Of a DNA stretch of 64,000 nt, positions 1 to 14,312 are shown one piece after another (positions within the stretch are counted from its first letter, which is position 1; every line of letters starts with the position of its first letter). A program made the translations under genes and the position numbers. The stretch is from NCBI RefSeq assembly GCF_009914755.1, contig NC_060926.1; one strand, 5' to 3'. This stretch comes from the human T2T-CHM13v2.0 reference genome, Homo sapiens. Below the pieces are notes generated by a model. That model had not been told where the DNA came from and made no database searches. It worked only from the letters and a program-made list of their open reading frames with translations.

Positions 1-58
1 CCTCTCACCTTGGCCTCCCAAAGTGTTGGGATTATAGGCATGAGTCACTGAGCCTGGC
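1..58 (-). mobile_element. Alu 5' end (cut by window edge)
   Basis: ggcctcccaaagtgttgggattataggcatgag...cctggcc. Confidence 0.9.
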
Positions 59-89
59 CAATATGTACAGTTTAATGTACATCAATTAT

Positions 90-1202
90 TCTTCAATAAT
101 GCTGTGAAAAAATAATTTTTGGTGGATGACAGACAAAGACATAAAAGCCATAAATATAAAACTTCTAGAATAAAAGAATAATATCCCTATGACTTTCTGT
201 AGACAAAGATTTCTTAGGCAGAGCACAAAGATCACTAATAATAAAATCAGAAAAAGATAAGATCTAGACAACAAAATAATATGTGCTTATTAAATGAATC
301 ATTAAGAAAATGAAAAAGTAAACCACAGACCTGGAGATAACATTGGCAATGCATATTTCTGATAAAGAATTTGTATGTAGAATATATATTAAAAAAATCT
401 CTAAAACCCAATAATTTTTTTAAAAGCAAGCACAATAAAAACTGGCAAGAGATTTGACACTTCCCCAAAGAACATACAACTGGCTAATAAAACCACAAAA
501 AAATGTACAATATTATTAGTCATCATGGAAATGCAAGTAAAAACCACAATAAGAAGTCACTTCACTAGAATGACTAAAATTTAAAAGAATGGAAATACCA
601 AGAAGTCATAAACATGTAGAGATGCTGGAATTCCCACATGTCACTGGTGAAAGAGAAACTGTACCTTCGCTTGGAAAACTCTTTGGCAAATTGCTGTAAA
701 GCAGTACCTACTTCATGACCTAGAAAATTTACTCTCAGATGTTTTCCCAAGAAATTAAAATTTATATTCCCAGAAAGACTTTTATAAGAATGTTTATCAT
801 AGCTTTATTTAGAATGCTAAAAGCTGGAAACAAAGTAAAATGTGAAAGAGTAAACAAATAGTAGTCATTTATATAATAGCAGACTGTTCAGCAATATAAA
901 TCAAAATGTGATCAAGGCACACAACAGCATGGATGAATCTCACAGGAATTATATTGGGCAAAAGACACTAGATATTCAAAATTTCATTTACAGTCAGTTA
1001 CAGAGAAGAAAAAAACTGATGATAGAGATTAGATCAATGTTCACCAGGCCTGGGAAGAGATTGAGTGGACAGGTACATGAGGAAACATTCAGAGGTCACA
1101 GAAATGTTCTCAGTTGTAGTGGTAGCTACATAGGAGCATATATTTGTCAAAACTCATTGAACCAATCACTTAACATCTGTGCATGTTATGCCAATTATGT
1201 CT
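90..1202 (+). mobile_element. Old L1M fragment (ORF2 3' end/3'UTR)
   Basis: A-rich, with degenerate L1 landmarks such as ggaaatgcaagtaaaaaccacaat, ttggaaaac and atggatgaatctc. Confidence 0.75.
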
Positions 1203-1698
1203 TGTAATGGTTAATTTTATGTGTCAATTTTGAGGTGTTTTTGGATAAGATTAACATTTAAATTTGTGAACTCTGAATAGGGGATACTGCCTCCCATAAT
1301 GTCATTGGGCATCATCTAATCATTTGAAGACCTAAATACGGCACAAAGATAAGTCTTGCTGATCAAGAAGGAATTCTTTAGCCTACTGCCTTCAGACTTC
1401 ATTTGCACCATTGGCTCTCCTGGGTCTCCAGACTTCTAGCCCACACTATAGATTTTGGATGTGCCAATCTCCATAATCTTGCAAGCTAATTATTTCTAAT
1501 AAATCAGACAGATAGATAGATAGATATAATTAATAGGAAGAAAGAAGATAGATACATAGATAGATGATTCATAGGAAGAAAGTAGATACATAGATAGGTA
1601 AATAGATAGATAGATAGGTAGATAGATAGATAGATAGATGATGTGAAATATGCATGCATCTTCTGGGTTCAGTTTCTCTGGACAACCCTAACTAATAT
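1203..1698 (+). mobile_element. MLT2-type (ERVL) solo LTR
   Basis: Starts tgtaatggttaattttatgtgtcaa and ends tctctggacaaccctaactaatata; holds an internal microsatellite, as MLT2 often does. Confidence 0.8.
1506..1640. repeat. Imperfect (GATA/TAGA)n microsatellite
   Basis: Repeated gata units read directly. Confidence 0.9.
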
Positions 1699-4600
1699 AT
1701 AACTCATATCCAGGAAATAGTATAGAACAAATTCTTTAGAAACAATAGGTTCATTCTTTAAGAAAATTCTTGTAAAGTCAAAAGATTTCATTCCAAGCTA
1801 ACTTCAGAGTGTGCACTTCAGAGATTACCAAAAATATTGTTGATTTTTCCTTATGAATCTTGAATATTTCTACTACTACAAAAATCAAGTTTGGAATTTA
1901 TTCTTCTGATCCCATCAATTGAACCACCCCAACCTCCTCCTTCCTAAAGTTTCTAAGTCATTTTCCTCCATTAAATCTATTTCTAAGCAGTTATTTCAGT
2001 TTGTTGTTACTCCTAGATCATCATTTGCATGGCTGTGCTCCTACAGCAGAGTCTGTTGTTAGGCCATGACCCATCTGGTATCTCACAGCTGGAAGCTCTT
2101 GGAGTCTAACAAGGACCCTCTCTCGAAAGCAGATGCCAACATCCGCCTCCCCAAAACTGTTCCTGAAATCTCTGTTCACCTGTTTGGCTTTTATCTACTG
2201 TTTCTGCTGAGTTTCTTGGAATCTCGCTCTGTAGGCATCAGCCGATTCTTGAGAGAAATTTGCATGCAGATTTTTAAACTCACTTTTCTGAAGTTTCCTC
2301 TCTCCAGGACTTTTTTCTCACAAGTTCTATCCATTTTCCCAGTACCAAACACACGCCTGTAAAATTGGCCATTTTTGGCTTGGGCTGTATTCGCTTGAAC
2401 TGAAAGTTGGCAAAAGCCTTGAGAGGAGAGAGCCAAAATACCTGCATGTTACTGTTTTTGCTTCCCTTCTCTTAAGAAAAAGAGCCCTACATCTTATCTT
2501 TCTTAGTTCTCTCTAATGTCTTTTAATGGTTGCTTTAAATAGTTTCTCTATATTTAATCATTGCCTTCGTGGACATGTTGGATAGAACTAGGGGTAACCA
2601 CAGCAACCTTTAAAAATATAAATTACATAAAGTCACCTCTAGCCTTAAAACCCTTTAATGGTTTCCCTGTAAACTTTTGAACAAATTCAGATACGTAGTC
2701 TTGACCTAGAAGGGGCTTGTAATCTAAACCTTGCCTGTCTTACCTAGTTCACCTACAGCCACTGTCCCATTGTTTTCACATGTCCCTCCTTGCAAGTCTT
2801 TAAACAAGCTCCTTCCTGCCTTTATATTTGCTGTCCTCTCACCTCTATCGGAAACACTGTTCTCTAATTCTTTTATTGGTTAATTTCTTCTCCTTCCCAT
2901 GACTGATGTAAATACAACTTTTCAGAGAGGTTCTCTTTGACCATATTATGTAATTTCATAGTCCTTTGTTTTTCACTATTTCTGCACACTGTTTTTTACC
3001 TTTTGCTTTCAGTGTATATCACAATATAATGAATCACGGGCGAAGTCATACACAAAGAAGTGGGGCAAATGAACCAAAAATAAGGATTTAGCTATGCAGG
3101 GGAGAATATAATAACATCTGCAAAGTCAGTTTACAGAGCCTAGTGCGGATGTGAAAGTTCATGAGAGGAAGATGAGAAAAATGAAAAAGGGTGTAGATGT
3201 GAGACCCAGTCCACAGTGTTCTGTGCAATAAAGAGATTTGCTTTCACTCCGTAATTTATTATCCAAACGAGCATTAATTAGAACTTAAGACCATTCTCTG
3301 AAAAACTATAATCGAGGTGTTCTTGAGTACCTGAAAGAGACATTCTGTGCATTTCTCTGATTAATTTTCAAAGGATATACTCACAAAACAAGAAATTTCT
3401 GATTTAAAGAATATGGGCATATTTAAGGCTTAATATTGTAATCGTCAAAGTATTCTAAGACTGAATGTGCTGATTTACAAATAACTGGTATCATGCAAGA
3501 GTGCCAGTGTTTTGCCATATCGTCTCCCATATAGGATATTGCTGCTTTTTAACATTTTTGTTAGCTTAATGGAAAATGACACTTTCTTTTATTTACAAGA
3601 GAAATTCAATATATTTCTTATATTTATTAATTGTATTTCAACAGTTATGAACTTTTTGTATACCTGAACCACTTTTATATTTATACACACATTGTTTTTA
3701 CTAAATTCAAATAACTTTTCATATATTATTGCAAGTTTTGATTGATGGTTTCAAATGAACAATTAAAAAAACATGAAATGATTCTATTTTTATCAATATT
3801 TAGGCCAAATTTGCTTTGTGTATCTCTAGCTCCTTTTACACAAGTGAAGAAAATTAACATTTTAACAGTGTCCTTTCTTCTCAACTCTTTTGGGCAATTA
3901 ATCAGGTTTTTTGTTCTCAAATATAAACTGTCTCCAAAGTATTGCACCTATTTTGCAGTAAGAATAGTAGGTCTTTATTACATATATAGTATATAGCTTT
4001 AAAGTTTTACTTTTAATTATATTCTAACTTTTGCCCTATTAAAAGTTTTTATTTTATGTGGATAAATCTATGTCTTTTTCCTTTATGGCTTCTCTTGTGG
4101 TATTATACTTTTAAAGTATTTCCTTATCCTAAGGTGCACTCAATTTTTTTAGTCACTTTAAAATTTCATGTCTTAAAATATTAAATACATCTAGAATTTA
4201 TTTTGACTTATGCAGTAAAATAGGGAATCTAAGCTACAATTACCTAATCATCAGCCAATTATCACTATATATTATAAAATAATCTTTTATCTCCATAGCT
4301 TTAAGATGTTAATTTTTAAAAAATAATTAATATAAATACAAAATATGTATATACTGTATAAGAATTCCATACACCCACACACACCTGGATCTGCTTCCAG
4401 GCTTATTTCTCTGCTCCCTTCATATACCCACTAACATTTATAATAGTACTTCTTAATAACTAATTGTAAAATAGAGTAAAATTAAAAATGATATGTCATT
4501 AAATTTTTACTTAATATATGTTTAGTAACCAAACTAAATAATTAAGTATGGTATATGACATCTCAACTTTACATATGTATCTTAATATATCTTAAGGCAA

Positions 4601-7600
4601 AGCACCTTTCACGGTCCTTCTTTTCAAAAGCTATTGAATATTTTACTTTCTTTATTCTTAAAAATGTGCAATATTAAATGATTATCTTAAACCACATTTT
4701 AGAAAGTCACATTTGATGTAAAATTGAGAGTCATCTGGAGTTTGAAATAAATATAAGGAAAGAAATGTTTCCTGTAGAATTGGGATAAAAGTAGATTTGA
4801 AGGATTCGTTCAACACTGTTGTTATTCATCCTCTGCTGTGCTGAGAACACAGAAACCTTTCAGTAAATATTTATTGATTGATTCAAAAACATATTTGAAG
4901 GCTTTTAAAATGTGAGCTATTTGTCCAAGCTGTAAAAATCAAATTACACAAATAAAAAATACCCCTTTACAATTTTTATGACACGTGTGTTCAATCAGTT
5001 TGAATCAACAATTAATATAATATACATTGGTTACTCGTAGAAATCTCAGTTGTTTTAGAGTATATAGAAAGAAGTAGAAGATATAATAAGTCTGTCTTCT
5101 CAAAGAGTTTGTAATCAAATCAGAGAAATATGTAATGTGCATTCAACCGTTAAAAGAAAATTAAGAATTCCGAGAAGAGAGAAGTTTGTAATGTCTGGAA
5201 TCTCACAGTTTCCTCTCTTTGCCAAAAGAACAATACTCTTTTCCCTCAGGTACACAGAACAATAGGCAGGTAAACTATACAGCAGAGATTTTCTCCCCTA
5301 ATGCCCAGGAATCCTAATGACAGAACTCCAGTGAGCTATTCCCATAGAAATAAGTAGACTTTGTGGTTTCAATGACAACTATTTTAGGTTGAATCCTTTT
5401 TGAAGAGACTTTCAACTGTAAAAACTGAAACATGATGTTTCAAACTTTTTTACACTCTTGTGCATTTTCCTTTTCTAAAAAAAGCAAACAAACAAACAAC
5501 CCCCCCCCGCCCCCCGCCACTTTTTTTTTTAATTCTGTTTTGAGGCAAGAGGCTTGGGTTGTTGACATGGATATCAATGTAAGTATTCAGTTGGGTATTC
5601 TATAGTTTTTAATACTGCCCAGCTATTTAGGATAACTATTTTCTATGTATCTATTTTCTTAAATGACATAATAACACTAAAAGCACAGCTTATTTTATTA
5701 TTTTGTCAATTTAATGGAAAATGACACTTCCTTTTAATTACAAGAGAAATTGAACATCTTTTTCTACATTTATTAATTGTATTTCAACATTTATGAACTT
5801 TTTGTATACCTCAACCACTTTTCTATGTTTACACACATTGTTTTTACCAAATTCAAATAACTTTTCATATATCATTGCAGGTTTTGATTAATAGTTTCAA
5901 ATTAACAATTAACCATTTTTAGTATTGCCCAGCTATTTAGGTTAACTATTTTCTACATATCTATTTTCTTGAACAACATAGTAGCATTATAAGCACAGCT
6001 ATACAAAAGAAACAAGAAAGGAAAAGAATATTAAATATATTCAGGCTTACTGTGTGTTGTGTCTATAGACATGAGGCTTAGGCCTCTTCAAGGGAATATA
6101 CAGTTAAATTGTTTTGACTTTTGGTACCCTCCACCAAGACATATGCAAGAATAAAGCAGAGCAGTTACCAAGCTAATAACAAAAGTTATGTTCAGGCTCA
6201 AATGTAAATAATTGAATAATACTTGGTAGTTTTATTGTTAACATATGTATGTCATATGCTTTTTAATAATCTGTAATATTTTATATTTGCTTGGAGAATT
6301 CAGTTCAAAACAAAAAGCTTTACAATAGATATGTCAACTTGAGCATCACATTTCATATTTTATCCTGCAATGTTTATGAATTCTCTGCTCCATTAAGGCT
6401 TCACCTTAATAACCTTAGAAGGCCTCATGAGATTATCCATTTTAGTGCCTGTTGGTTGATATCTATATCTTTCAGCAACAAATGCTTTTATTTTGAAATT
6501 ACTTATTAAGGGGTTAAATTATTTCACCATACGCAGAGAATAAACACCTATTTTTCCTCTGATAAAATACCAAGAAAAAAATAAAGAAATAGGTGGATTT
6601 ATGGATGTGTACCAAAACATCACTAAAGCTTAGTTGATTCTGCTTACAAAGCTACCTTAATAATCGGTAGAGATCACTGCCACATTGACTTGATGATAGC
6701 AGTTGATGTCAATAGTAAAGACAATCAGAATCATTCTCTCAAGTATATTGCATCCTACCTCAGTTAACCAACCTAGACAGGCATGGTTGCAGATACCAAG
6801 CTCTGTCTATCATTCTCTTTTTCCTTCATTTTCTCTGCAAATATTTTATAGAACACAGATTGCATAGCCCACTTTTGACATTAGAGTTTCAGTAAGAAAA
6901 TGAAACACTCTCTTTCTCTTCCCTAGTCCTAGGTCAGGATGGGTGGAGTGGGCCTGAGACACATGTGTCCTCAGTAACTTCTTCATTTTGATATGTGGCA
7001 ATGACTGAAAATGAACTAACCAGGGTATCTAAACCCCAAGTATCACCTCTTGTACTCAGGGTGAATTGATCAACAGAGTTCATGCTCCCCAGGGAAGCCC
7101 TGTAAGCTAAAAGGTAACAATTTATGATGGTACAAATTATTTCATAAGTTACAGCCTTGGTTTTAGTAGTTATGCTTCTGATCAATTCACAAAGTTGTAT
7201 TCAGCATGTATCCAGCAACTAAGACAAAGACCTTTGAACTTCTTAACTCTTTGTAAAACTAAGTTCTAATCCAAGTGATAATACCCAGTCTTAGTGATCA
7301 ACAGGAGCTTGTTCCATAGCTTCCTATTCCAGTCCACCCCTGCCTATAATCTCTCCCAGAGAACTCTCCACAAATAGAACTTCTGGAACAAGAAGGGTGT
7401 TCTTTATCATCTTCTGTAAATCAACTTAGACATATTTCTGTTGATATCAAAATTATGACACTGAGCTACTTGTCAGAGTGGCAGCCTCTTATTCAATGTT
7501 CTCTCCGCCTACATTCATACCAGTAGCACGTGGTATTGATAGCGCTCTTCACAGAGTTAGGAGAATTACGTGAATTGATACATGAATAACACTTAGAACA

Positions 7601-9285
7601 GAATAAGACCTCACTGGACATTAATAGGTGACTCCTTGGCTTTTTGCTGTGGCTGTTGTCACTACATGCATGTCTGCCTCACCTTCTGGCTTCCTCTCCA
7701 ACTGCCGCCCCCCAAACCATCGTTTGGACCATTGCAGCTACAAACCTGAAGGCAACCGGGAGTGGAGTGATGGGCATGAGACAAATACAACCTTCACTTT
7801 ACCATTTTGACACTGGAGTGAAAAAGGTCCTCCTCTAAACCCCTCTATACAGTATTGTGGCTGGATTGCAGTTTTACAAAAGGTAAACTGAGAGTTCATG
7901 AGTAACCAGGTGGTATACAATCAGCAGTTATTTCTAATGGCTAAACGCTTGTGGTTCTTTTCAAAGTCCACCGGTCCAGGACATATTCAGGGGAAAGCCT
8001 AGCACTCAAGGTGACAACTTGCTTACAACTGCTAGGGGTCAGCTTAGTTTTTACCATCAAAAAAGCAGTGGAGCATTCTCTTCTAGGTTCAATTATTATG
8101 AAGTCTGGGGAGGAAAATTCTCCCATTACCCAAACCCAAGGCTTGTATCCTGAATTCTCATTTCTTGTCCCAGATTCTGTCTTTCCTCTAAGTCATCCTC
8201 AACAAGAACTCATTTCTGCAGTATAACAATACAGTTTAATGTAGTTTAACCCAATCTAAATCTCTTAAAGAAAATAAATATTTCTACCATCTGTTTCCTC
8301 CTGTCTTCTCAACCAGGCCAAAAACAGCAACAATGTCAGCAGAGATAGAGCTCTGACTCAGACAAATGCACACAATTTTATATTGTGAAGCTGAATATTT
8401 AGCTTCTCCCGCTAAATCATCTGCATTTAGGTTAATGGGCACTTCAGTTCTTCCCACAGAGCAATGGTTGGATGCATTAGGGAATATTATGAACATTTAC
8501 AGATACATTCGCTAATTATTCCAAAAATTGTTTTAATTGCCTATTATATGCTTGGCACTGGTAAATAAAAACAAATATGCAATTTTTCTAGAATAATGAA
8601 AATACTAGGCTGTATTTTGAAGCTAAAATCTAGTGGTAGAGAAATAATAAGTCAAAAACAGAGTATTATGAATATTATGAATAAGTTTTGTGAAAGAAAT
8701 AGAACCTGGGTAAGTTCTGGAAATACTAGTAAAAAATCATTTCATTAAATGTAACTAAAAGTGGTTGTAATAAAGATAATTAAATATGTGAAAAATAGCA
8801 AATTTGGCATGCATATTGGGATAGACCTTTTGAAAACAGTATTGATTTCCAGGAACAAATAGCAAAGCATACATCATGTAAACAATGCTGTCCTTATGCA
8901 ATAATCAATAGTCAACAAGAGTAGCCTGCCGCCCTTCCTCACCTGCTACCTGCCCTATTTTCTATAGCTTCATCCACCTTCTAGCATTCCTATATATGTT
9001 TCTTATTTACTGCTTTTGCTATTTATTTATTTATTCCCACTAAGTTCCACAAGTGAAGGGTTTTCTTGTCTGATGAATACCAAAAACAGTGAATGGTGCC
9101 TTACAGGTAGCAGTGGTAGCAGTGGCTCAGTAAATATCTTAAGTCAAGCCATATGTAAGTAAATGAATGAGCAAATGAACAGATTAAAAAATCTGATCAT
9201 TTCAAGACAAAAAATGTCCATAATATAGGATGAATTCTAAAATTAACTTGCATTTGTGATTTTAAAGCAATAAGATAAGTGATCA

Positions 9286-9545
9286 CCAGGCATAGTGTCT
9301 CACACCTGTAATCCTAGCTTAGGAGGGTTGCTTAAGGCCAGGAGTTCAAGACCAGCCTGGGCAACATAGGGAGAATGCACCTTTAAAAAAATAATAAAAA
9401 TAAAAATTAGCCAGGCATGGTGGTGCATGCCTACAGTCCCAAGTATTCGGGAGGCTGAGGCAGGAGAATCCCTGGAGCCCAGGAGTTTGAGGCTGCAGTG
9501 AGCTATGATCCTGCCCAGTCTGGGCAACAGAGTGAGACCCTGTTA
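9286..9545 (+). mobile_element. AluJ-like
   Basis: Dimeric Alu with diverged, partly deleted left arm. Confidence 0.85.
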
Positions 9546-9804
9546 AATAAATAACAGGGTCTCATTAATAAACATTAATAAAATAAACATTAATAAAAGT
9601 GACTTTATTAATCTTTGCTATCCTTCCTTTTACCTAAAGAAGCCTGGTGTAATTTCTATAGTTGATCATTTTAATCACTTATATCTTTTATTAATATACA
9701 AGGAAACAGTGTGAAAGAATATGGGAATAAGTTATATTCCCATATTCCAATTTATATGAGCAAATGTAGGGATTTTTAAAATACGCTAATATAATAGTCA
9801 ATGT

Positions 9805-10340
9805 GTTCAACAACAACTCAGCAAATATTTACTGAACACCTACTATGTATTGGGCATATAACTCTGAAAAAAAATTTTCTTACCTCATGGAAACAAATGT
9901 AAACCAATATACAAATTAAATCATTCCAGAGAATTCTAAATGAAAAAATTTGGTGGGGAAGGAATTGGGATTTCACTTTTAGTTAAAGCATTCAAGGACG
10001 ATCTCCCCTGTAGGTAACGTTAGAACTGATGCAGAATGGGAAAATTGCACTTGCTACAAGGAGATTGAAGAGAAGATTCCAGGCAGAGAGAAGAGTGAAT
10101 ATAAAACACTAGAAGTGACCAAAATGGGCTGTTTGAGGAATGGAATGAAGGCCATTGTATTTGGAGATCACTGAGAAACAAAAGAATACAATGTGAGTTG
10201 AACTCAGAAAGTTATCAGGAGCTAAATCATGTAAGCCTTTGATGACTATGAATAGAATTTGGCCTTCATTTCCTGTTCCCTTGTAATTTTCCGGAGAGTG
10301 TTGTGCTGCAAATAACACAATTTGATTCCTACTTAAAAAA
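9805..10340 (-). mobile_element. L2 fragment
   Basis: cagcaaatatttactgaacacctactatgt is the reverse complement of the L2 3' end. Confidence 0.6.
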
Positions 10341-11584
10341 AATCCCAGCTATATATAGACAAAGGCCTGTACTTGGGGAAAGAAGTCTTTATCACATGTA
10401 GTTTCTATTAAATTTCTCAATGATAAAGTATAACGAAAAGGTAGTATTGAATTACTATTACAATTCTACACATGTTCCCTTTCATGCATTAAAAGTCACA
10501 ATTTTTGTAATTTTATTCATGTGCATCACAAATATAAAACTTTTATTTTTATCACTTCTGTCTTCAGACACATTTTAAGATTGATTTTATTTATTTTTTT
10601 ATTTTTTTATTTTTTTATTTTAGAACTAACCTAAATTCCCCTGGATGTGGGAGGGAAAATTAATGACAATTATTCCAGTCCAAGAGTATTACTTTCTATA
10701 AAACTAACCCTAAATTTTGGTTTACTTCAGCCCTAAGAGAAATAGCATATTAACCCTGGCTGATTATAATGGGTAAACATGATCAATATTTTACTCCTTA
10801 CTTCTCCTGAAAAACTAAAACCTGACAGGCTAAAGTAAATTTAAAGTCTAAAACACAAAGCTGTACCAAACTTAGCTTGGGCAGTAAGTAGATATTTTTA
10901 AACCTGTACGACAGATGTGACTAAAACAATTGGTCTTGTTGACATTGCTACCTTTGTATGGATAGAAATAAATCTTAACAATATAATTTACCATTGCACA
11001 TTTTGGCAAGAAAATTTTTACCATTCATAGTCAGGTTGAGCTTACTCTCTGTGGCAATGTCACAGCCTACTTCTGATGGAAAACATTTTTATCCACAATT
11101 GACTAAGTCATTTGTCTTAGTGAGACCTCACAGGCAATAGATGGCATTAGCAAGTAGATATAGGAAAACTGTCATCATTAATTATACTGAGGACTGCAAT
11201 CGGGGTTCCTGAGTTTCCAGTGGCAGACTCACAAAGTGGGTAATACAATTTGTGGATCAAATGCAATTAAGTGTAATATATAGTTAATGTCTTTCTATTT
11301 GCTTCTTTAATTGCAAGATCAACTCTGAGTCTACATGATGGTAACTAGTACTCAACTAATTCTTTGGCTGTGTAATCTGGATTTACTAGTGGCATTGTAT
11401 TTGAGCTTCCTGAAAAGTTTCATGACAATCAGCAGTGTGTTATGAGTAACTTTAGCCAGTATCTACACAAACAAAGTGAAAGACAGTCAAGCTAGTTTTT
11501 CTCTGTACATGTTGATCATCAGGATGAGTAAAATTTCAAGGAAAATTTGCAGACAAACAGAGTTTACATTTTTAGAAAATTTTT

Positions 11585-11897
11585 GGCTGAGCACCGTGCC
11601 TCACACCTAGAATCCCAGCACTTTGGGAGGCCAAGGCGGGCAGATTCTTTGAGCTCAGGAGTTCAAGACCAGCCTGGAGAGCATGGAGAAACCCCATCTC
11701 GGCAAAACATGCAAAAATTAGCCAGGTGTGGTGGCATGCACCTGTAGTCTCAGCTACTCAGTAGGCTGAGGTGGGGGAGGATTGCCTAAACTCAGGGAGG
11801 TCAAGGCTGCAGTGAGCCATGATTGTACCACTGCACTCCATCTTGGGTGACAGAATGAGACCCTGTCTCAAAAATAACAACAATAATAATAAATCAA
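11585..11897 (+). mobile_element. AluJ-like
   Basis: Full dimer with A-rich tail; agaaaat on both flanks. Confidence 0.9.
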
Positions 11898-12741
11898 TAG
11901 AAAATATTCCTGTAAAATTCATTTAAAATTAAACTATTTATGAGTGCCAACATTAACTTTAGAATATTTTTAATTGGATAAACAAGAATATATAAAAAAC
12001 TTGCTGCATCTTTTGGCCCTGGTGTAATAGATGCAAATTCATTCAACCCTAATGGCTATAAATCAATATTAATTTGATTACTTATGCATTTAACTATTGC
12101 CCTAGTATTTTCTTCTGTGGAATTTACAGTTTAAAATGCATTTCTACTTATGCTCTTCTATATTGATTAGGATTACAGTTTGTTTCTTACTAGCTCTGAT
12201 TCAACAGCATTTTGTTATGCTAGTCTTTCCTTTTATGCTCATTCACGTCTTTAATATTTTTAGTCTATTGAGCATTGCACTTTAATTTTGGTCAGTCTAT
12301 TTTCCTTCCCTAAAATTACACTGGCATTTCTACTAACATTTATCAGAATTTTTACATGCTGGTTCATCTACTTTTCACATTTAAGAAATTTTAAAAAAGA
12401 AATCTTATGTGGCAAAATTCTCCTCTCCTCTCCATACAGAGATCTCTGATTACATAAATCAATGATCAAAAATGCACATACCTCTCACAAATGCTTTTTC
12501 TCACTAGAATAAATTTAAAATATTTTGCAAAATGTAAGGTAGCTTTTTGTAGAAATCCCAAGTTTACCTTCTAAAAGTTACATTTATAAAACACTAAGAG
12601 ATTTCTGCGATTCTTAGAAACATTCACTATTTACTTCTCTCCTCTCATTCACATTTATAAACTGATGAGTGTGTGTATGTGTGTGTGTTTATGTACCTTA
12701 AGCGTTCAGTGGATTTGAGAGAATTAGTTGGCTCGGCATGA

Positions 12742-13116
<375 letters not shown>

Positions 13117-13307
13117 ATGACATTTTTTATGTGTATCTTTCCTTCCTTCTCTTTTCCTCATTTTGCCATTGACCTATGAATATAGAATAGTGTAGGGATG
13201 GTAGCACTGTTTAAATATGTTAGTTCTTGCCTTCTCCCGCACAGTATAAGTACCTCAAGAGATACAGAGTAACTTAGGCACATTGCAACTTTGTCTTCTT
13301 GGCTGTA

Positions 13308-13310
<3 letters not shown>

Positions 13311-13363
<53 letters not shown>

Positions 13364-13398
13364 AGAGAGAGTGTGTGTGTGTGTGCGCGCGTGTGTGT
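13311..13398. repeat. Compound (TG)n(GA)n(TG)n microsatellite
   Basis: Read directly. Confidence 0.95.
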
Positions 13399-13809
13399 CA
13401 GGGTGAAGGTCTGGGGAGTGGGCTGTGAAGAAAAAGAAAATATTAGATGTCATTAATATGATTATAGCTACTCTTCTTACATTAACTCACTTCCTTCCTG
13501 CAACTTTTGTTATTATTGGTTGAATCTAAAGAATTTTCAGACTAAGCTAAGCTTAAGTCAATTTGACTACCATTCTGTTAAGGCAGACACATTCTAACAC
13601 GGCACTGCTTTAATGCATACCTTCTCTATTTCCCACTTCCTCCTGAACAAAACAAAACAAAACAAAAGCCTTTAGATTCATCAACCTGTAATGAGGTATG
13701 TAAAATACTATGCCATTAACACAGTAGTGCCTTGTCTCAAGGTCACTTTCATATGGCTAAAAGCAAAATAGCACACTCCCTTTGACTCAAAAGAGCCTAC
13801 ATATTCCAT

Positions 13810-14312
13810 ATGGTATTATATACATAATGGAATACTATTCAGCCTTTAAAAGGGGGAAAATTCTGCCATTTGCAATAACATGGATGAACCTGGAGGACAT
13901 TATTCTAAGTGAAATAACCAGGTACAAAAATAAAAATACTGCATGATTTCACTTACAGGTGAATCCAAAAAAGTTGAACTTATAGAATCAGAGAGTATGA
14001 TGGTTACCAGAGGCTGAAGTAGGTGGATGAATGGGGAAAAGAGAGAAGCTGGTCAAAGGGCATAAAGTTTCAGACAGATGGAATACATTTGAGTTATCTA
14101 TTGCACAGAATGGTGACTATAATAAATAAAAATGCATTGCATATCTGAAAATTGCTAAAATAATATATTTTAAATATTATCCCCCCTCAAAAAAAAAACA
14201 AGTGTGTGAAGTAATGGATTTGTTACATAAGCTGATTTCCACGTTGTATACATTTATCAAAGAATCACACAGTAGCGTATAAATACACGTAATTATTATT
14301 TGTCATTTAAAA
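13810..14312 (+). mobile_element. L1MA-like 3' end
   Basis: atggaatactattcagcc...catggatgaacctggaggacattat...gtgaaataacca. Confidence 0.85.

Noticed and set aside
2066-2436. Overlapping ORFs on both strands in unique-looking DNA
   Set aside because: No recognisable homology or convincing splice-site pair; lengths are compatible with chance.
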